Source of the DNA: Acidobacteriota bacterium
GTDB taxonomy: Bacteria > Acidobacteriota > Thermoanaerobaculia > Multivoradales > UBA5704
Length of the DNA: 53,824 nucleotides
NCBI GenBank assembly: GCA_040005235.1
Contig: JBDTZG010000037.1
Location: forward strand, 1-53,824
Direction: 5' to 3'
Shown here: positions 36,893 to 47,751 of the stretch, in pieces
Layout of the letters: every line of letters starts with the position of its first letter
How positions within the stretch are numbered: the first letter of the stretch is position 1
The notes under the pieces: generated by a model
The model's input: the letters and a program-made list of their open reading frames with translations, nothing else
Databases searched by the model: none
Told to the model about the DNA's origin: nothing
Program-made: the position numbers and the translations under genes

Positions 36893-37753
36893 ATGGCACT
36901 GCCGCGGATCGAAGAAGTCCTCGCCGAAGCCGAGCGCTCCCTCACCCGTTGGGGACGGCTCGCGCTCTGCCAGATCGTCCGCGCCGAGGGTTCGACCCCC
37001 GGCAAGGTCGGCTGGAAGCTGATCGTCCTGCCGGACGGCACGGCGGCCGGCAATCTCGGCGGGGGGGCTTTTGAAGCCATGGTGCGGACCGACGCCGCGG
37101 CGAAGCTGGAAAGCGGCGCGGATTCCGAAATCAAGCGCTACTACTTCACCGAGGAGGCGGTCAAAGGGGAGCCGACCGGGATGGTCTGCGGCGGCCTGGC
37201 CGAGGTTTTTCTGGAGGTGCTCCACGCGGCGCCGCTGCTTGTCATCTGCGGTGGAGGCCCGGTGGGTCAGGCGCTCGCCCGCGCCGCGGTGCTCGCCGGA
37301 TTCGACCTCCTGATCGCCGACGACCGCGAAGAGTTTCGCCGCCCCGAGCTGTTTCCGGACGGCAGCGAATTTGCTTCGGTCGATCGCGAGTATGCGGGGG
37401 ATTTCCTCGCTCCGTTCATCCGCAGGGACCTGTTCGTGGCGATCGTGTCGCGCTGTTGGGAAACCGACACCGCGGCTCTCGCCGCCGTGCTTCGCGCCGA
37501 ACCGCCCCATCTGCGCTATCTCGGCCTGATGGGCAGCCGCCGGAAGATCGAGCGGGTTCGCGCGGAGGTCGCGGCGCGGGGCGAAGATCTGACCCAAACC
37601 GATCTGCGGGCGCCGATCGGGTTGCCGATCGGCGGCGATTCGCCGGGCGAAATCGCGATCTCCATCCTCGCCGAGATGATCCGTGACCGCCATGCCTTTC
37701 CGGTACCGGCCGTCCCAACCGATTCAAGAGAGGTCGTCGAACAAGATGCTTGA
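36893..37753 (+). CDS. xdhC: XdhC/CoxI family molybdoenzyme accessory protein
   Basis: GSTPGK.G, G.LGGGAFE, GMVCGG, YLGLMGSRRK and APIGLPIGGDSPGEIAISI. Confidence 0.92.
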   Translation: MALPRIEEVLAEAERSLTRWGRLALCQIVRAEGSTPGKVGWKLIVLPDGTAAGNLGGGAFEAMVRTDAAAKLESGADSEIKRYYFTEEAVKGEPTGMVCGGLAEVFLEVLHAAPLLVICGGGPVGQALARAAVLAGFDLLIADDREEFRRPELFPDGSEFASVDREYAGDFLAPFIRRDLFVAIVSRCWETDTAALAAVLRAEPPHLRYLGLMGSRRKIERVRAEVAARGEDLTQTDLRAPIGLPIGGDSPGEIAISILAEMIRDRHAFPVPAVPTDSREVVEQDA

Positions 37754-39671
37754 TGGGCTGATGTGGAACCGCCGGACCGCTACGTTCGGTGCCTCGATTC
37801 TCGGACTCGCACTTGCCTTTTTCGTCGCCGAGGTCGCCCCGGCGGCTCCCATGGCTCCCATGGCTCCGACACCTCGGGCGATCGACGAGCCGGCAGGATA
37901 TGCCGTCTGGCAACCGCTGCCCCTCGAAGGTGCCGACGTCCGGTCGCTCGCGATCGAACCCGGAAATCCCGACCTGCTGCTCGCCGGAACCTCCGCCGGA
38001 CAGGTCTATCGAACCCACGACGGCGGCGAAACCTGGACCGACGCGGGAGCGGCCCTGCCGTTCCCGGGTTGGGTGGTCAGCTCGCTCCGCTTCGAGACCC
38101 CTGCCGATTCCCGCAGGTTGGGAGGCAAAGACGGCGCGCCGCCGCGGCTTTGGGCCGGCCTCTGGGGCATCTGGAGCGGCGGCCACGTCGCCTCCTCGGA
38201 CGACCTGGGCGCCACCTGGGCTTCGCGGAGCGGCGATCTGCCCGACATCCAGGTTTATGCGATCGCCACGGTCCCCGGAGAGGAAGGCCGGCTCTATGCC
38301 GCGACCGCCCAAGGGGTCTGGGGGACGGCGAACGGGGGCAAGAGCTGGCGCCAACTGACCGCGGCCCTCCCCGAAATCGGCAAGGTGACCAGCCTGCTGG
38401 TCGATCCGCAACGGCCGGGAACGATTTTCGCGGGCACCTGGCGCCAGGCCTACAAGAGCGACGACGGGGGAGCCACTTGGAGCGGAGTGTTCGACGGAAT
38501 GGTGCTCGACTCGGAAGTCTTCACTTTGACCCCCGGCCGGGAGTCGGGCGAGATCTGGGCCTCGACCTGCGGCTGGGTCTACCGGACGGAGAACAGCGGC
38601 GGCACCTGGCGGCGCTATCAACAGGGCCTGGGCGAACGGCGGACCCCCAGCTTCGCGGTCTTGCCCGACGGCCGACTGCTCGCGGGCACGGTGGCCGGCG
38701 CCTATCTTTCGGCTGACGGCGGACTGACCTGGAAGCTCGGCTCGGACCCCGCGCTCTCGGTCCTCGCCGTCGCGGTCGACTCATCCCGGCCGGACCGGAT
38801 CGTCCTCGGCACCGAAGGGTCGGGGATCTGGATCTCGGGTCAAGACGGTTTCCACCCGGCGAACCGGGGCCTCGGCAACCTCCGCATCGGAGCGCTCGCC
38901 ACCCTGCCGACCGAGCTGCTGGTCGCGGTCAACAACGCCGGACCCTCCTCCGGCGTCTACCGCTCGATGGACGGCGGGCGGAGCTTCCCGGATTTTTACC
39001 CTCTGCCCACCATCCTGGATTTGACGCTCGATGCCGACCACGCGTTCGCCGCGACCGAGCGCGGCCTGTTCGAACGGACGGGAGCCGCCTGGACGCGGCG
39101 TCCGGAATTCAACGACCAGCGGGTGGATCAGGTGGCACGGATCGCCGGCCGGACCCTCGCTCGAACCGGCACCGGCCTGTTCGAGCTGCGCCTGCCGAAA
39201 AAAGGCCCTGAGCGTTTCGAGCCCCTGCTCGGCAAGGCTGTCCCACGCTCCGCCGTGCTCTGGTCGGGCGCCCTCTGGGGCAGCGACGAGCGGTCGATCT
39301 TCCGCCTCGATGGGGATCTCAAAACGCCGATCGCCACCCCGTTCCCCGGCGGCCGCCTGGAACGATCGAGCGCCGGCCTGCTCTACGCCGGCACCGGCGG
39401 CGCCTGGCTGCGCACCGCCCCGAGCCAGGACTGGATCGAGCTTTCGCAGGAACCGTCGCGCATCTTTCCAACCGGCGACGAACACCTCTCGGCAGTCATC
39501 GCCACGGCAGGCGCCGCCTTTCTTCTCGACCGAGGCGAAGACGCCGCCCGCCCCACGCTTCGGCGGCTCGCGCTGCCGTTCCCGGTCCGGGATCTCACCG
39601 CGGCGAAGATTTTCGACGGGCGGCTGCTGCTGGGTACGTCGGGCTACGGGGTGCAGGCGGCGGCGCCGTAG
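37746..39671 (+). CDS. Secreted beta-propeller protein with BNR/Asp-box repeats
   Basis: Signal peptide and repeated S/T-x-D-G-G-x-T-W boxes (RTHDGGETW, SSDDLGATW, KSDDGGATW, SADGGLTW). Confidence 0.85.
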   Translation: MLDGLMWNRRTATFGASILGLALAFFVAEVAPAAPMAPMAPTPRAIDEPAGYAVWQPLPLEGADVRSLAIEPGNPDLLLAGTSAGQVYRTHDGGETWTDAGAALPFPGWVVSSLRFETPADSRRLGGKDGAPPRLWAGLWGIWSGGHVASSDDLGATWASRSGDLPDIQVYAIATVPGEEGRLYAATAQGVWGTANGGKSWRQLTAALPEIGKVTSLLVDPQRPGTIFAGTWRQAYKSDDGGATWSGVFDGMVLDSEVFTLTPGRESGEIWASTCGWVYRTENSGGTWRRYQQGLGERRTPSFAVLPDGRLLAGTVAGAYLSADGGLTWKLGSDPALSVLAVAVDSSRPDRIVLGTEGSGIWISGQDGFHPANRGLGNLRIGALATLPTELLVAVNNAGPSSGVYRSMDGGRSFPDFYPLPTILDLTLDADHAFAATERGLFERTGAAWTRRPEFNDQRVDQVARIAGRTLARTGTGLFELRLPKKGPERFEPLLGKAVPRSAVLWSGALWGSDERSIFRLDGDLKTPIATPFPGGRLERSSAGLLYAGTGGAWLRTAPSQDWIELSQEPSRIFPTGDEHLSAVIATAGAAFLLDRGEDAARPTLRRLALPFPVRDLTAAKIFDGRLLLGTSGYGVQAAAP

Positions 39672-39705
39672 GCGACCGTTCCTCAGGGGGCGTACAATCC
39701 GACCT

Positions 39706-39924
39706 ATGAGAATGCTCACGGCTCAAGTGGTCAACGGACGGCTGGATGTCCCCGAGGGCAGCCTGCCCGAAGGGGGAACGATCACTCTGCTGGTCCCAGA
39801 GGGTGACGAGAGAGGCTTCGACCTCTCCTCTGACGAAAGGGCGCTTCTTTTGGAGTCGATCGCCCAGGCGGAACGAGGCGAAGTGGTCGACGGCTGGAAG
39901 CTCCTGGCCGAACTCGAGGCGTGA
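39706..39924 (+). CDS. Putative antitoxin (ParD-like tail), 72 aa
   Basis: Acidic protein ending ESIAQAERGEVVDGWKLLAEL. GTGA overlap with the toxin gene. Confidence 0.75.
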   Translation: MRMLTAQVVNGRLDVPEGSLPEGGTITLLVPEGDERGFDLSSDERALLLESIAQAERGEVVDGWKLLAELEA

Positions 39925-40226
39925 AGTTGCGTCTCCACCTGCTCGTCTCGAAAGAGGCCGAGCGACAGATTCGAACCGCAGCAAAGTGGTGGAACGAGAA
40001 CCGCCCAGCCGCGAGAGGTCTGCTTCGCCAGGAGCTGACCCAGGCATTCCAGCTGGTGACGACACAACCCGGTATCGGAACCCGCGCCTTCGACGCCTCG
40101 ATCCAGGGCGTGCGCCGCATCTACCTCTTTCGTGTTCGATACAACCTCTACTATCGAGAAATGAACCAAGCGGTGGAGGTTCTGGCCCTTTGGCACGCGA
40201 GCCGCGGCGAAGGTCCGCCGATTTGA
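39921..40226 (+). CDS. RelE/ParE family toxin
   Basis: AERQIR.A..WW.ENRPAA, PGIG, RRI.L....Y.LYYR and VEVLALWHASR. Confidence 0.88.
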   Translation: MKLRLHLLVSKEAERQIRTAAKWWNENRPAARGLLRQELTQAFQLVTTQPGIGTRAFDASIQGVRRIYLFRVRYNLYYREMNQAVEVLALWHASRGEGPPI

Positions 40227-40251
40227 AAGGCACTAAAGGCTGCGTGAATCG

Positions 40252-40365
40252 GACCCAGGCCGTTGACCTGGGCTAACGTGAGACGGCCTTTCAGGCCTAA
40301 AACTATTGCGCGTCGCGGCGGCCCAACGGGCCGCGTTACGTTAGACCAGGCTAACGGCCTGGGTC
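40252..40365. repeat. REP-like inverted doublet between convergent genes
   Basis: Arm 40252-40297 (GACCCAGGCCGTTG...GGCCTTTCAGGCC) is inverted at 40320-40365 (GGCCCAACGGGCC...AACGGCCTGGGTC). Confidence 0.75.
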
Positions 40366-40377
40366 ACGTACGTGGAT

Positions 40378-42768
<2,391 letters not shown>

Positions 42769-42930
42769 TGGAGGTTTAGCTTATCGTGGGGAGTGGAGAA
42801 CCCGCCGACGCTCCCGTTTGTTCCCACGGCCCCTTGCCTCCTTCGAAGGGAGCCTTCCTCAAAAAGCGCCGGAGGCGGAGCCACCCGCCCCGGCGCAGGG
42901 CTACGTTACGGTTTCGGCGTCACTCCCTGG

Positions 42931-43356
42931 TCAGACCACCTTGGCCAGTAGCTCCTTGGTGGTGGTCTTGTCTTGCGCCGCCTTCTCCACCTCGGCCTTC
43001 AGCAGCTCGAGCGCGCGTTTCGCCTTGCTCGTCCGGCGCGCACCCTCCACACGCGGATTGATGCCGAACTTCAAAAGGTCCGCGCTCTCGAAACCGAAAT
43101 GGCTCTGCAACGCGGCGGCGAGAACATTGCGCATCTTCCGGCCGCTCTTGATGAGAGCAGCGCGCTGCAACGCTACGTCCCGAAGGCCGGCGCGCTGCAA
43201 CTCGATCCGCTCACCCATGAGCCGCATCGTCTCCACCAACTCCTTGAACTTCGTGTGAGTCTCCTGGGTGTGAGCCAAGTCGCCGAGGATCGGCTCCATG
43301 TTCATCGCCAAAACGCCCCACGCCTGCACCTTGTCCGAATACGAGCTGACGATCAT
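42931..43356 (-). CDS. Orphan alpha-helical hypothetical protein, 141 aa
   Basis: AAGGGAG RBS, long amphipathic helices, HFGFESADLLKFGINPR motif and a basic tail. Confidence 0.7.
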   Translation of the reverse strand: MIVSSYSDKVQAWGVLAMNMEPILGDLAHTQETHTKFKELVETMRLMGERIELQRAGLRDVALQRAALIKSGRKMRNVLAAALQSHFGFESADLLKFGINPRVEGARRTSKAKRALELLKAEVEKAAQDKTTTKELLAKVV

Positions 43357-43487
43357 GACTGCTCCCTTCTCTGGACTCTCGTCCAAAAAGTCCAACGGCA
43401 AAACGCCGAAGGACAAATCATCTGGAGAATTCACGAGGGCGCAACGGAAACCACAAGATCTCACTCGGCGGGGGTGCGAAAACAGCA

Positions 43488-43672
43488 GCAATCACCAACT
43501 TGCCACCGTAATCACGGGCCAATTACCGCAATCAGAAATGAAACTTCGCCTATCCGGCTCGCATCCGCCGCAATCGCATGGAAATAGCGACAGCAACGCG
43601 GCGATAGCCGAAAACTTCGTTCTGATTGCGGAGGATTGGGTCCCGATAGCGGCTATTCCAAGACCATAGCGG
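43488..43672. repeat. Imperfect ~185-bp palindrome built from 20/21-bp phased motifs
   Basis: GCAATC-like motifs at 43488, 43508, 43528, 43549 and 43570, inverse GATWGC-like motifs at 43583, 43603, 43624, 43645 and 43665. Perfect 12-bp arms at 43526-43537 and 43620-43631. Confidence 0.8.
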
Positions 43673-43762
43673 CTATCGCGGCTCAACTTCAGCCCCTTCC
43701 GAGGAGCGACCCTACCTACTGGCGCCCCTGTGAAACTTCAAAGAACCGGTTCGACGGGAAGA

Positions 43763-43792
43763 AGTCTGCGGGACGGGGACAGCGCTTGTCAA
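43763..43792 (-). promoter_or_regulatory. Putative sigma70 promoter firing through the palindrome into the orphan gene
   Basis: Minus strand TTGACA-18 nt-CAGACT. Confidence 0.45.
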
Positions 43793-43944
43793 GTGCCTGG
43801 GCGAGATTTGTTTCGGCTTCTGGGAATTGGGGTATCGCGTCCGCCAGAGGGGGCCAGGGTAAGACGCCGATAGGCAGTCAACCAGGAACGTCCAGGAAAA
43901 GCGGTATCAGGGCCGAGACTCTGGAGTAACCGGCAATTCGGCGA

Positions 43945-43973
43945 TTGACACGCGTCACGTGACGGATTACATT
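43945..43973 (+). promoter_or_regulatory. higBA sigma70 promoter with palindromic operator
   Basis: TTGACA-17 nt-TACATT with the perfect palindrome CGTCACGTGACG (43953-43964) in the spacer. The GTG start lies 6 nt downstream. Confidence 0.8.
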
Positions 43974-43979
43974 GACCCG

Positions 43980-44261
43980 GTGATCAAGACGTTCGCGGAC
44001 AAGCACACTGACGAGCTGTACGCGACGGGCAAATCGCGACGGTTCCCATCGGACATCACGAAGCGAGCCGTTCGAAAACTGGAGTACATCGACTTGGCGA
44101 CCTGTCTCGACGACCTGAAGGTTCCACCCGGCAATCGGCTGCACGAGCTCGAAGGGGACCGGAAGGGTCAGCACTCCATCGCCGTCAACGATCAATGGCG
44201 GATCTGTTTTCGCTTCGACGATGGAGACGCCTATGACGTCGAGATCACCGATTACCACTAA
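43980..44261 (+). CDS. higB: HigB toxin (RelE/ParE superfamily)
   Basis: MIKTFADKHT, PPGNRLHELEGDRKGQHSIAVNDQWRICFRF and VEITDYH. Confidence 0.95.
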   Translation: MIKTFADKHTDELYATGKSRRFPSDITKRAVRKLEYIDLATCLDDLKVPPGNRLHELEGDRKGQHSIAVNDQWRICFRFDDGDAYDVEITDYH

Positions 44262-44274
44262 AATGAGGAGTGAG

Positions 44275-44589
44275 ATGAGCATTCCAAATACTGGTCGTAG
44301 GATAATCCGGCCTACGCATCCGGGCGAGATGCTGCGGGAAGACTTCCTCCCGGACTTCGAGCTGACCGCCTCCGGTCTCGCTGAAGCTATAGGTGTCTCA
44401 CGCCAGACTGTCAACGAGTTGCTCCGAGGACGGCGGGCCGCGAGTCCTGGTATGGCCCTTCGGCTCTCACGCTTGTTCGGCAATTCGGCGGATTTTTGGC
44501 TCAACGCCCAGCGTGCTGTGGATCTATGGGATGCGGCTCAAGCCATCAAGGAAGAGGTCCAGCGCATCAAGCCCTTAAAGGCCGCATGA
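44275..44589 (+). CDS. higA: HigA antitoxin (XRE HTH)
   Basis: PTHPGEMLREDFL and MALRLSRLFGNSADFWLNAQ. GAGGAG RBS. Confidence 0.95.
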   Translation: MSIPNTGRRIIRPTHPGEMLREDFLPDFELTASGLAEAIGVSRQTVNELLRGRRAASPGMALRLSRLFGNSADFWLNAQRAVDLWDAAQAIKEEVQRIKPLKAA

Positions 44590-44623
44590 CCTCGGCATCT
44601 AATTCCGAGGCGAACGCCAGCCG

Positions 44624-44866
44624 CTATCCTTCGGACGCGCGTTCCGCCACGAGTTCGGCAACGGAGTCCCGATCCGGCGAGAACCGGCGGCCCGCCCCAA
44701 TCAGCCGACGCGCCGTCTCGCCACGGTCGGGGATCACGCGGACCAGGATCTCGTTCCGTCCTTCGACCGGCTTCCAGTCGAGCCGCCAGCCGGGTTTGAT
44801 CCCGAGCTTGCGCCTCACCTCAGCAGGGATCGTGACCCTGTTCTTCTGTGTGATCGTCGTGACCAT
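44624..44866 (-). CDS. AbrB/MazE/SpoVT-family antitoxin (orphan), 80 aa
   Basis: TTITQKNRVTIPAEVRRKLGIKPG. AAGGAG RBS. No downstream PIN toxin ORF. Confidence 0.85.
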   Translation of the reverse strand: MVTTITQKNRVTIPAEVRRKLGIKPGWRLDWKPVEGRNEILVRVIPDRGETARRLIGAGRRFSPDRDSVAELVAERASEG

Positions 44867-44960
44867 GGAAGGATGGTTCTCCTTGGGGGTTGGCGTGTCA
44901 AGGCAGGCCGCACACACTGGAAGTATCCCTGCCGTTCCCACAAAGCGTACAATCGAAGCG

Positions 44961-45173
44961 ATGAGAATGCTCACGTCTCAGGTGGTCCACGGAAGACTAG
45001 ACGTTCCCGAGGGTAGTCTCCCCGCAGGCGGAACGATTACCCTGCTGGTTCCGGAGGGCGACGAAGAGGGCTTCGAACTCTCCAACGAAGACAGGGCGCT
45101 CCTCCTGGAATCGATCGCCCAGGCGGATCGAGGCCAAGTCATCGACGGCTGGAAGCTCCTGGCCGAACTCTAA
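44961..45173 (+). CDS. Second copy of the 39706 antitoxin, 70 aa
   Basis: 59/70 aa identical to 39706..39924 by manual alignment, with the same CGTACAATC upstream element. Confidence 0.8.
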   Translation: MRMLTSQVVHGRLDVPEGSLPAGGTITLLVPEGDEEGFELSNEDRALLLESIAQADRGQVIDGWKLLAEL

Positions 45174-45175
45174 AC

Positions 45176-46546
45176 ATGCTTGAATCGCGACACGGGAAAG
45201 TACAAACCTTTTTTAAACGGTTGTTTGCCGACTACCTCCGGAAAGTAATTAACCTCCTGACGCGCCTTCGCAAGCGACTTAGCTATCACCCTCTATCTGA
45301 TTCTTGGGATTTCTTCTCCTCTGCCACCACGCGCGGTCCATACGACCTACGCCAATTCTTGGGACTAAACGAGCCGGATTATCGCTTTTCGGTGGGTTTC
45401 TCTCAAGAGAATGCCAGGTCATACTTTCTCTACGCAGCGCTGGACGAGGTTTCGAAGACCAGCGTAACAATAGGCCGCTGGGCCGAATTTCTCGACGCTC
45501 CGGAGGATGATGATCCGCGGGATTCGTTCGGCCATGTCAAGAGGGTCGTCCTTGAGTCGGTACTTGATGAGCAAGACTTCAGGCGGCGACGGCTCTTGGA
45601 AGTACTGATTGATCTACTCTGCTTTCGCACAACAAATGAACAGGGATACTATCGCGACCTCATGCAACTCCAAGATCTCCAGGACACGATCTCTGTAAAG
45701 GAAGATTTTCGCGAATTCTATGGTTTTAACAATGAAGTACTCCGATCGCAGATCGATGAAAAGTCGCTGCAAATTCATCAGACTGAAGACACCATTGAGC
45801 TCCGTCGGTGCTGGTATCGCAAGGATACCAAACGCCTTGGGGGCAATCCGAAACCGGGCGGGTTGCTGACAAGCATTAGACAACGCCTAAAGATTGCTCT
45901 CGCCCAGGCCGATGCCCATGAGAAGCTGGTGCTAGGTTTGAGCTATCAGGCCTACTCAAGGGCAAGCAGTGGGGTACATTTCCAAACTAGCCGCTCGCGT
46001 CCCTCCAATTGGCTGGAACAAGCAGGCCGTGGTGTGTCTGAAATTGGAAATCTGGCTCTGGCATGTCTCGTATCAGTCCAGAGGTTGCTTGGTATCTCAC
46101 CGGATGGATTGAATAAAGATATCCGCAACGTACTCGAAGGTAAAGAGGTGAGGCAGATTTTTTCTTCTGCCGTCAGCTCTCCGGCGAAAATCGGTGACTT
46201 TGTTCTTATTCATAACCGATACCTGGCTGAGGTCGTAGAAAAGTGCGCTAATCCGTTCGGATATGAGTCATTCCAAGTAAGGTTCCTCGACGAGGATCCA
46301 CCGTGGGGGATCGTAGAGGATTGGCTTCCGCCGCAGGAAGTCCGCCGCTTATATGCGCTGGACAACCTGATCAGTGCTACCAGAAGTGACTTGGAGAAGA
46401 ACGGTGTGTCGCCGGACAGTCTGAGCGCCGAATTGCTAAGCAGCCTTGTCAAGCAAGCCATGATTGAAATTTGGAAAAGCGGCCTTCGTGATGCTGTGGT
46501 GAAAGGCGGAGCCCGGCAGGAGGATCCCACTGCTGAAAGCGAATAG
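45176..46546 (+). CDS. Low-GC hypothetical protein, 456 aa (possible HEPN/DUF5677-like helical domain plus SH3/KOW-like domain)
   Basis: Long ORF with atypical codon usage. Contains YQAYSRASSGVH and KIGDFVLIH..YLAEVVE....GYESFQVRF. Confidence 0.7.
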   Translation: MLESRHGKVQTFFKRLFADYLRKVINLLTRLRKRLSYHPLSDSWDFFSSATTRGPYDLRQFLGLNEPDYRFSVGFSQENARSYFLYAALDEVSKTSVTIGRWAEFLDAPEDDDPRDSFGHVKRVVLESVLDEQDFRRRRLLEVLIDLLCFRTTNEQGYYRDLMQLQDLQDTISVKEDFREFYGFNNEVLRSQIDEKSLQIHQTEDTIELRRCWYRKDTKRLGGNPKPGGLLTSIRQRLKIALAQADAHEKLVLGLSYQAYSRASSGVHFQTSRSRPSNWLEQAGRGVSEIGNLALACLVSVQRLLGISPDGLNKDIRNVLEGKEVRQIFSSAVSSPAKIGDFVLIHNRYLAEVVEKCANPFGYESFQVRFLDEDPPWGIVEDWLPPQEVRRLYALDNLISATRSDLEKNGVSPDSLSAELLSSLVKQAMIEIWKSGLRDAVVKGGARQEDPTAESE

Positions 46547-46550
46547 TCCA

Positions 46551-46767
46551 ACCGAGCCGAAGGCCACGCTCTACGATATTGCGGAGCACCTGGGCACCGC
46601 TGAGCAGAGGGCTACCTACCTGGACGCCTGGCGTGAAGAGGCTCCGGACGACGCAGCCGGTATTGCCAGAGCCCTTGGGGACATTGCTCGCGCGAAGGAA
46701 TGACCAGATTGCCATGGATGCCTGCCTGAGCCGCGGAAGCTTCGATCGCACCTTAAAACGGCACTGA
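46551..46767 (+). pseudogene. Frameshifted HI1420-type addiction module antidote
   Basis: YDIAEHLGTAEQRATYLDAWREEAPDDAAGIARALGDIARAK, stop at 46701, then QIAMDACLSR in another frame. Confidence 0.8.
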
Positions 46768-46834
46768 ACCGCCGGAGCCTTTGGAGCTTCGCTGGTCGCA
46801 GGAGGGATCGAATCCTCCGTCGGCCAGCAACGGA

Positions 46835-46863
46835 TTGCAACGCGATACAAAAAATTGTATAAC
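46835..46863 (+). promoter_or_regulatory. TA-type promoter with palindromic operator
   Basis: TTGCAA-17 nt-TATAAC overlapped by ATACAA-AAAA-TTGTAT (46845-46860). Confidence 0.65.
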
Positions 46864-46931
46864 CGTCGGCGGCCATAAAAAGACCTCCTTTGGCAAGCGC
46901 CGAAACGGCTGAAGGGGAGGTAATTCTCACC

Positions 46932-47240
46932 ATGGCTGCTTTGAAGATCACGCCCTCCAGCGGGAACGTTTTCGCGGATCTCGGATTCGATGAGGAAGAA
47001 GCCGAGCGCCTTCGGAATCGTTCCTCTCTCATGATCGCGATCCGAAAGCTGATCGAGGGCCGAGGCCTGGCCCAGGTCGATGCCGCCAAACTTTTCGGCG
47101 TCACCCAACCGCGCATCAGCGACCATGTCCGCGGCAAAATCGATCTCTTCAGTATCGATACCCTCGTTGACATGTTAGCTCGGGGCGGAATCCACGTTGA
47201 TGTGGTCCTGTCCGAGTCGTTGAGACGGGGCGCCGCGTGA
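46932..47240 (+). CDS. XRE/HTH_37 HigA-like antitoxin (orphan), 102 aa
   Basis: SSGNVFADLGF, AAKLFGVTQPRISD..RGKIDLFSIDTLVDML. Confidence 0.9.
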   Translation: MAALKITPSSGNVFADLGFDEEEAERLRNRSSLMIAIRKLIEGRGLAQVDAAKLFGVTQPRISDHVRGKIDLFSIDTLVDMLARGGIHVDVVLSESLRRGAA

Positions 47241-47299
47241 AAGCCCGCCCCGGTATTTAATGCAAGGGCTTGAGGTTCGGAGTTCAGGAGGTAGAAACC

Positions 47300-47518
47300 A
47301 TGACCAAATTGCTTGAGCAGGTCGTCGCCCAAGCGTCTGCTCTCCCGGAGGCCGAACGGGAGTCTCTTGCAGGCCGCTGGCTGGCCGAACTCGTTGACGA
47401 GCAGGGCTGGCAGGAAAGATTTGCCAGCTCGCAGGACGTTCTCGCTAGCCTGGCTGAGGAAGCCCTCGCCGAGCATCAGGCTGGTCTCACAGAGAAGCTG
47501 GACCTGGATCGGTTGTGA
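47300..47518 (+). CDS. Putative antitoxin, 72 aa
   Basis: AGGAGG RBS. MTKLLEQ...LPEAE......W...F..SQD.L..LAEEALAEH.AG.TE. GTGA overlap with the toxin. Confidence 0.8.
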   Translation: MTKLLEQVVAQASALPEAERESLAGRWLAELVDEQGWQERFASSQDVLASLAEEALAEHQAGLTEKLDLDRL

Positions 47519-47730
47519 CTTCGAGAACCACCCGGCGATTCCGCGAGTTGCTCGCCGCGCTCCCACAGGACATCAGGCGACAAGCGCGAGCCTCCTATGG
47601 CTTATTTAGCGACAACCCCAACCATCCGAGCCTCCAGTTCAAGCTCGCTCATGCCAACTTGCCGATCTACTCGGCGTGGACCGCCTGGGGTGTCGGTGTG
47701 CGCCCAAACGCCAATCTTAGCCGCTGGTAG
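47515..47730 (+). pseudogene. C-terminally truncated ParE/RelE-like toxin
   Basis: SRTTRRFRELL..LP..IRRQAR..Y.LF..NPNHPSLQFK....PIYS. The usual YRALG...WFWIG.H..Y tail is absent. Confidence 0.7.
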
Positions 47731-47751
47731 GCTGTTTCGTTGGGCGCAAGT

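Noticed and set aside
44586-44623. VapC remnant after the AbrB gene (RLAFASELDAEVM)
   Set aside because: Too short to distinguish from chance similarity.
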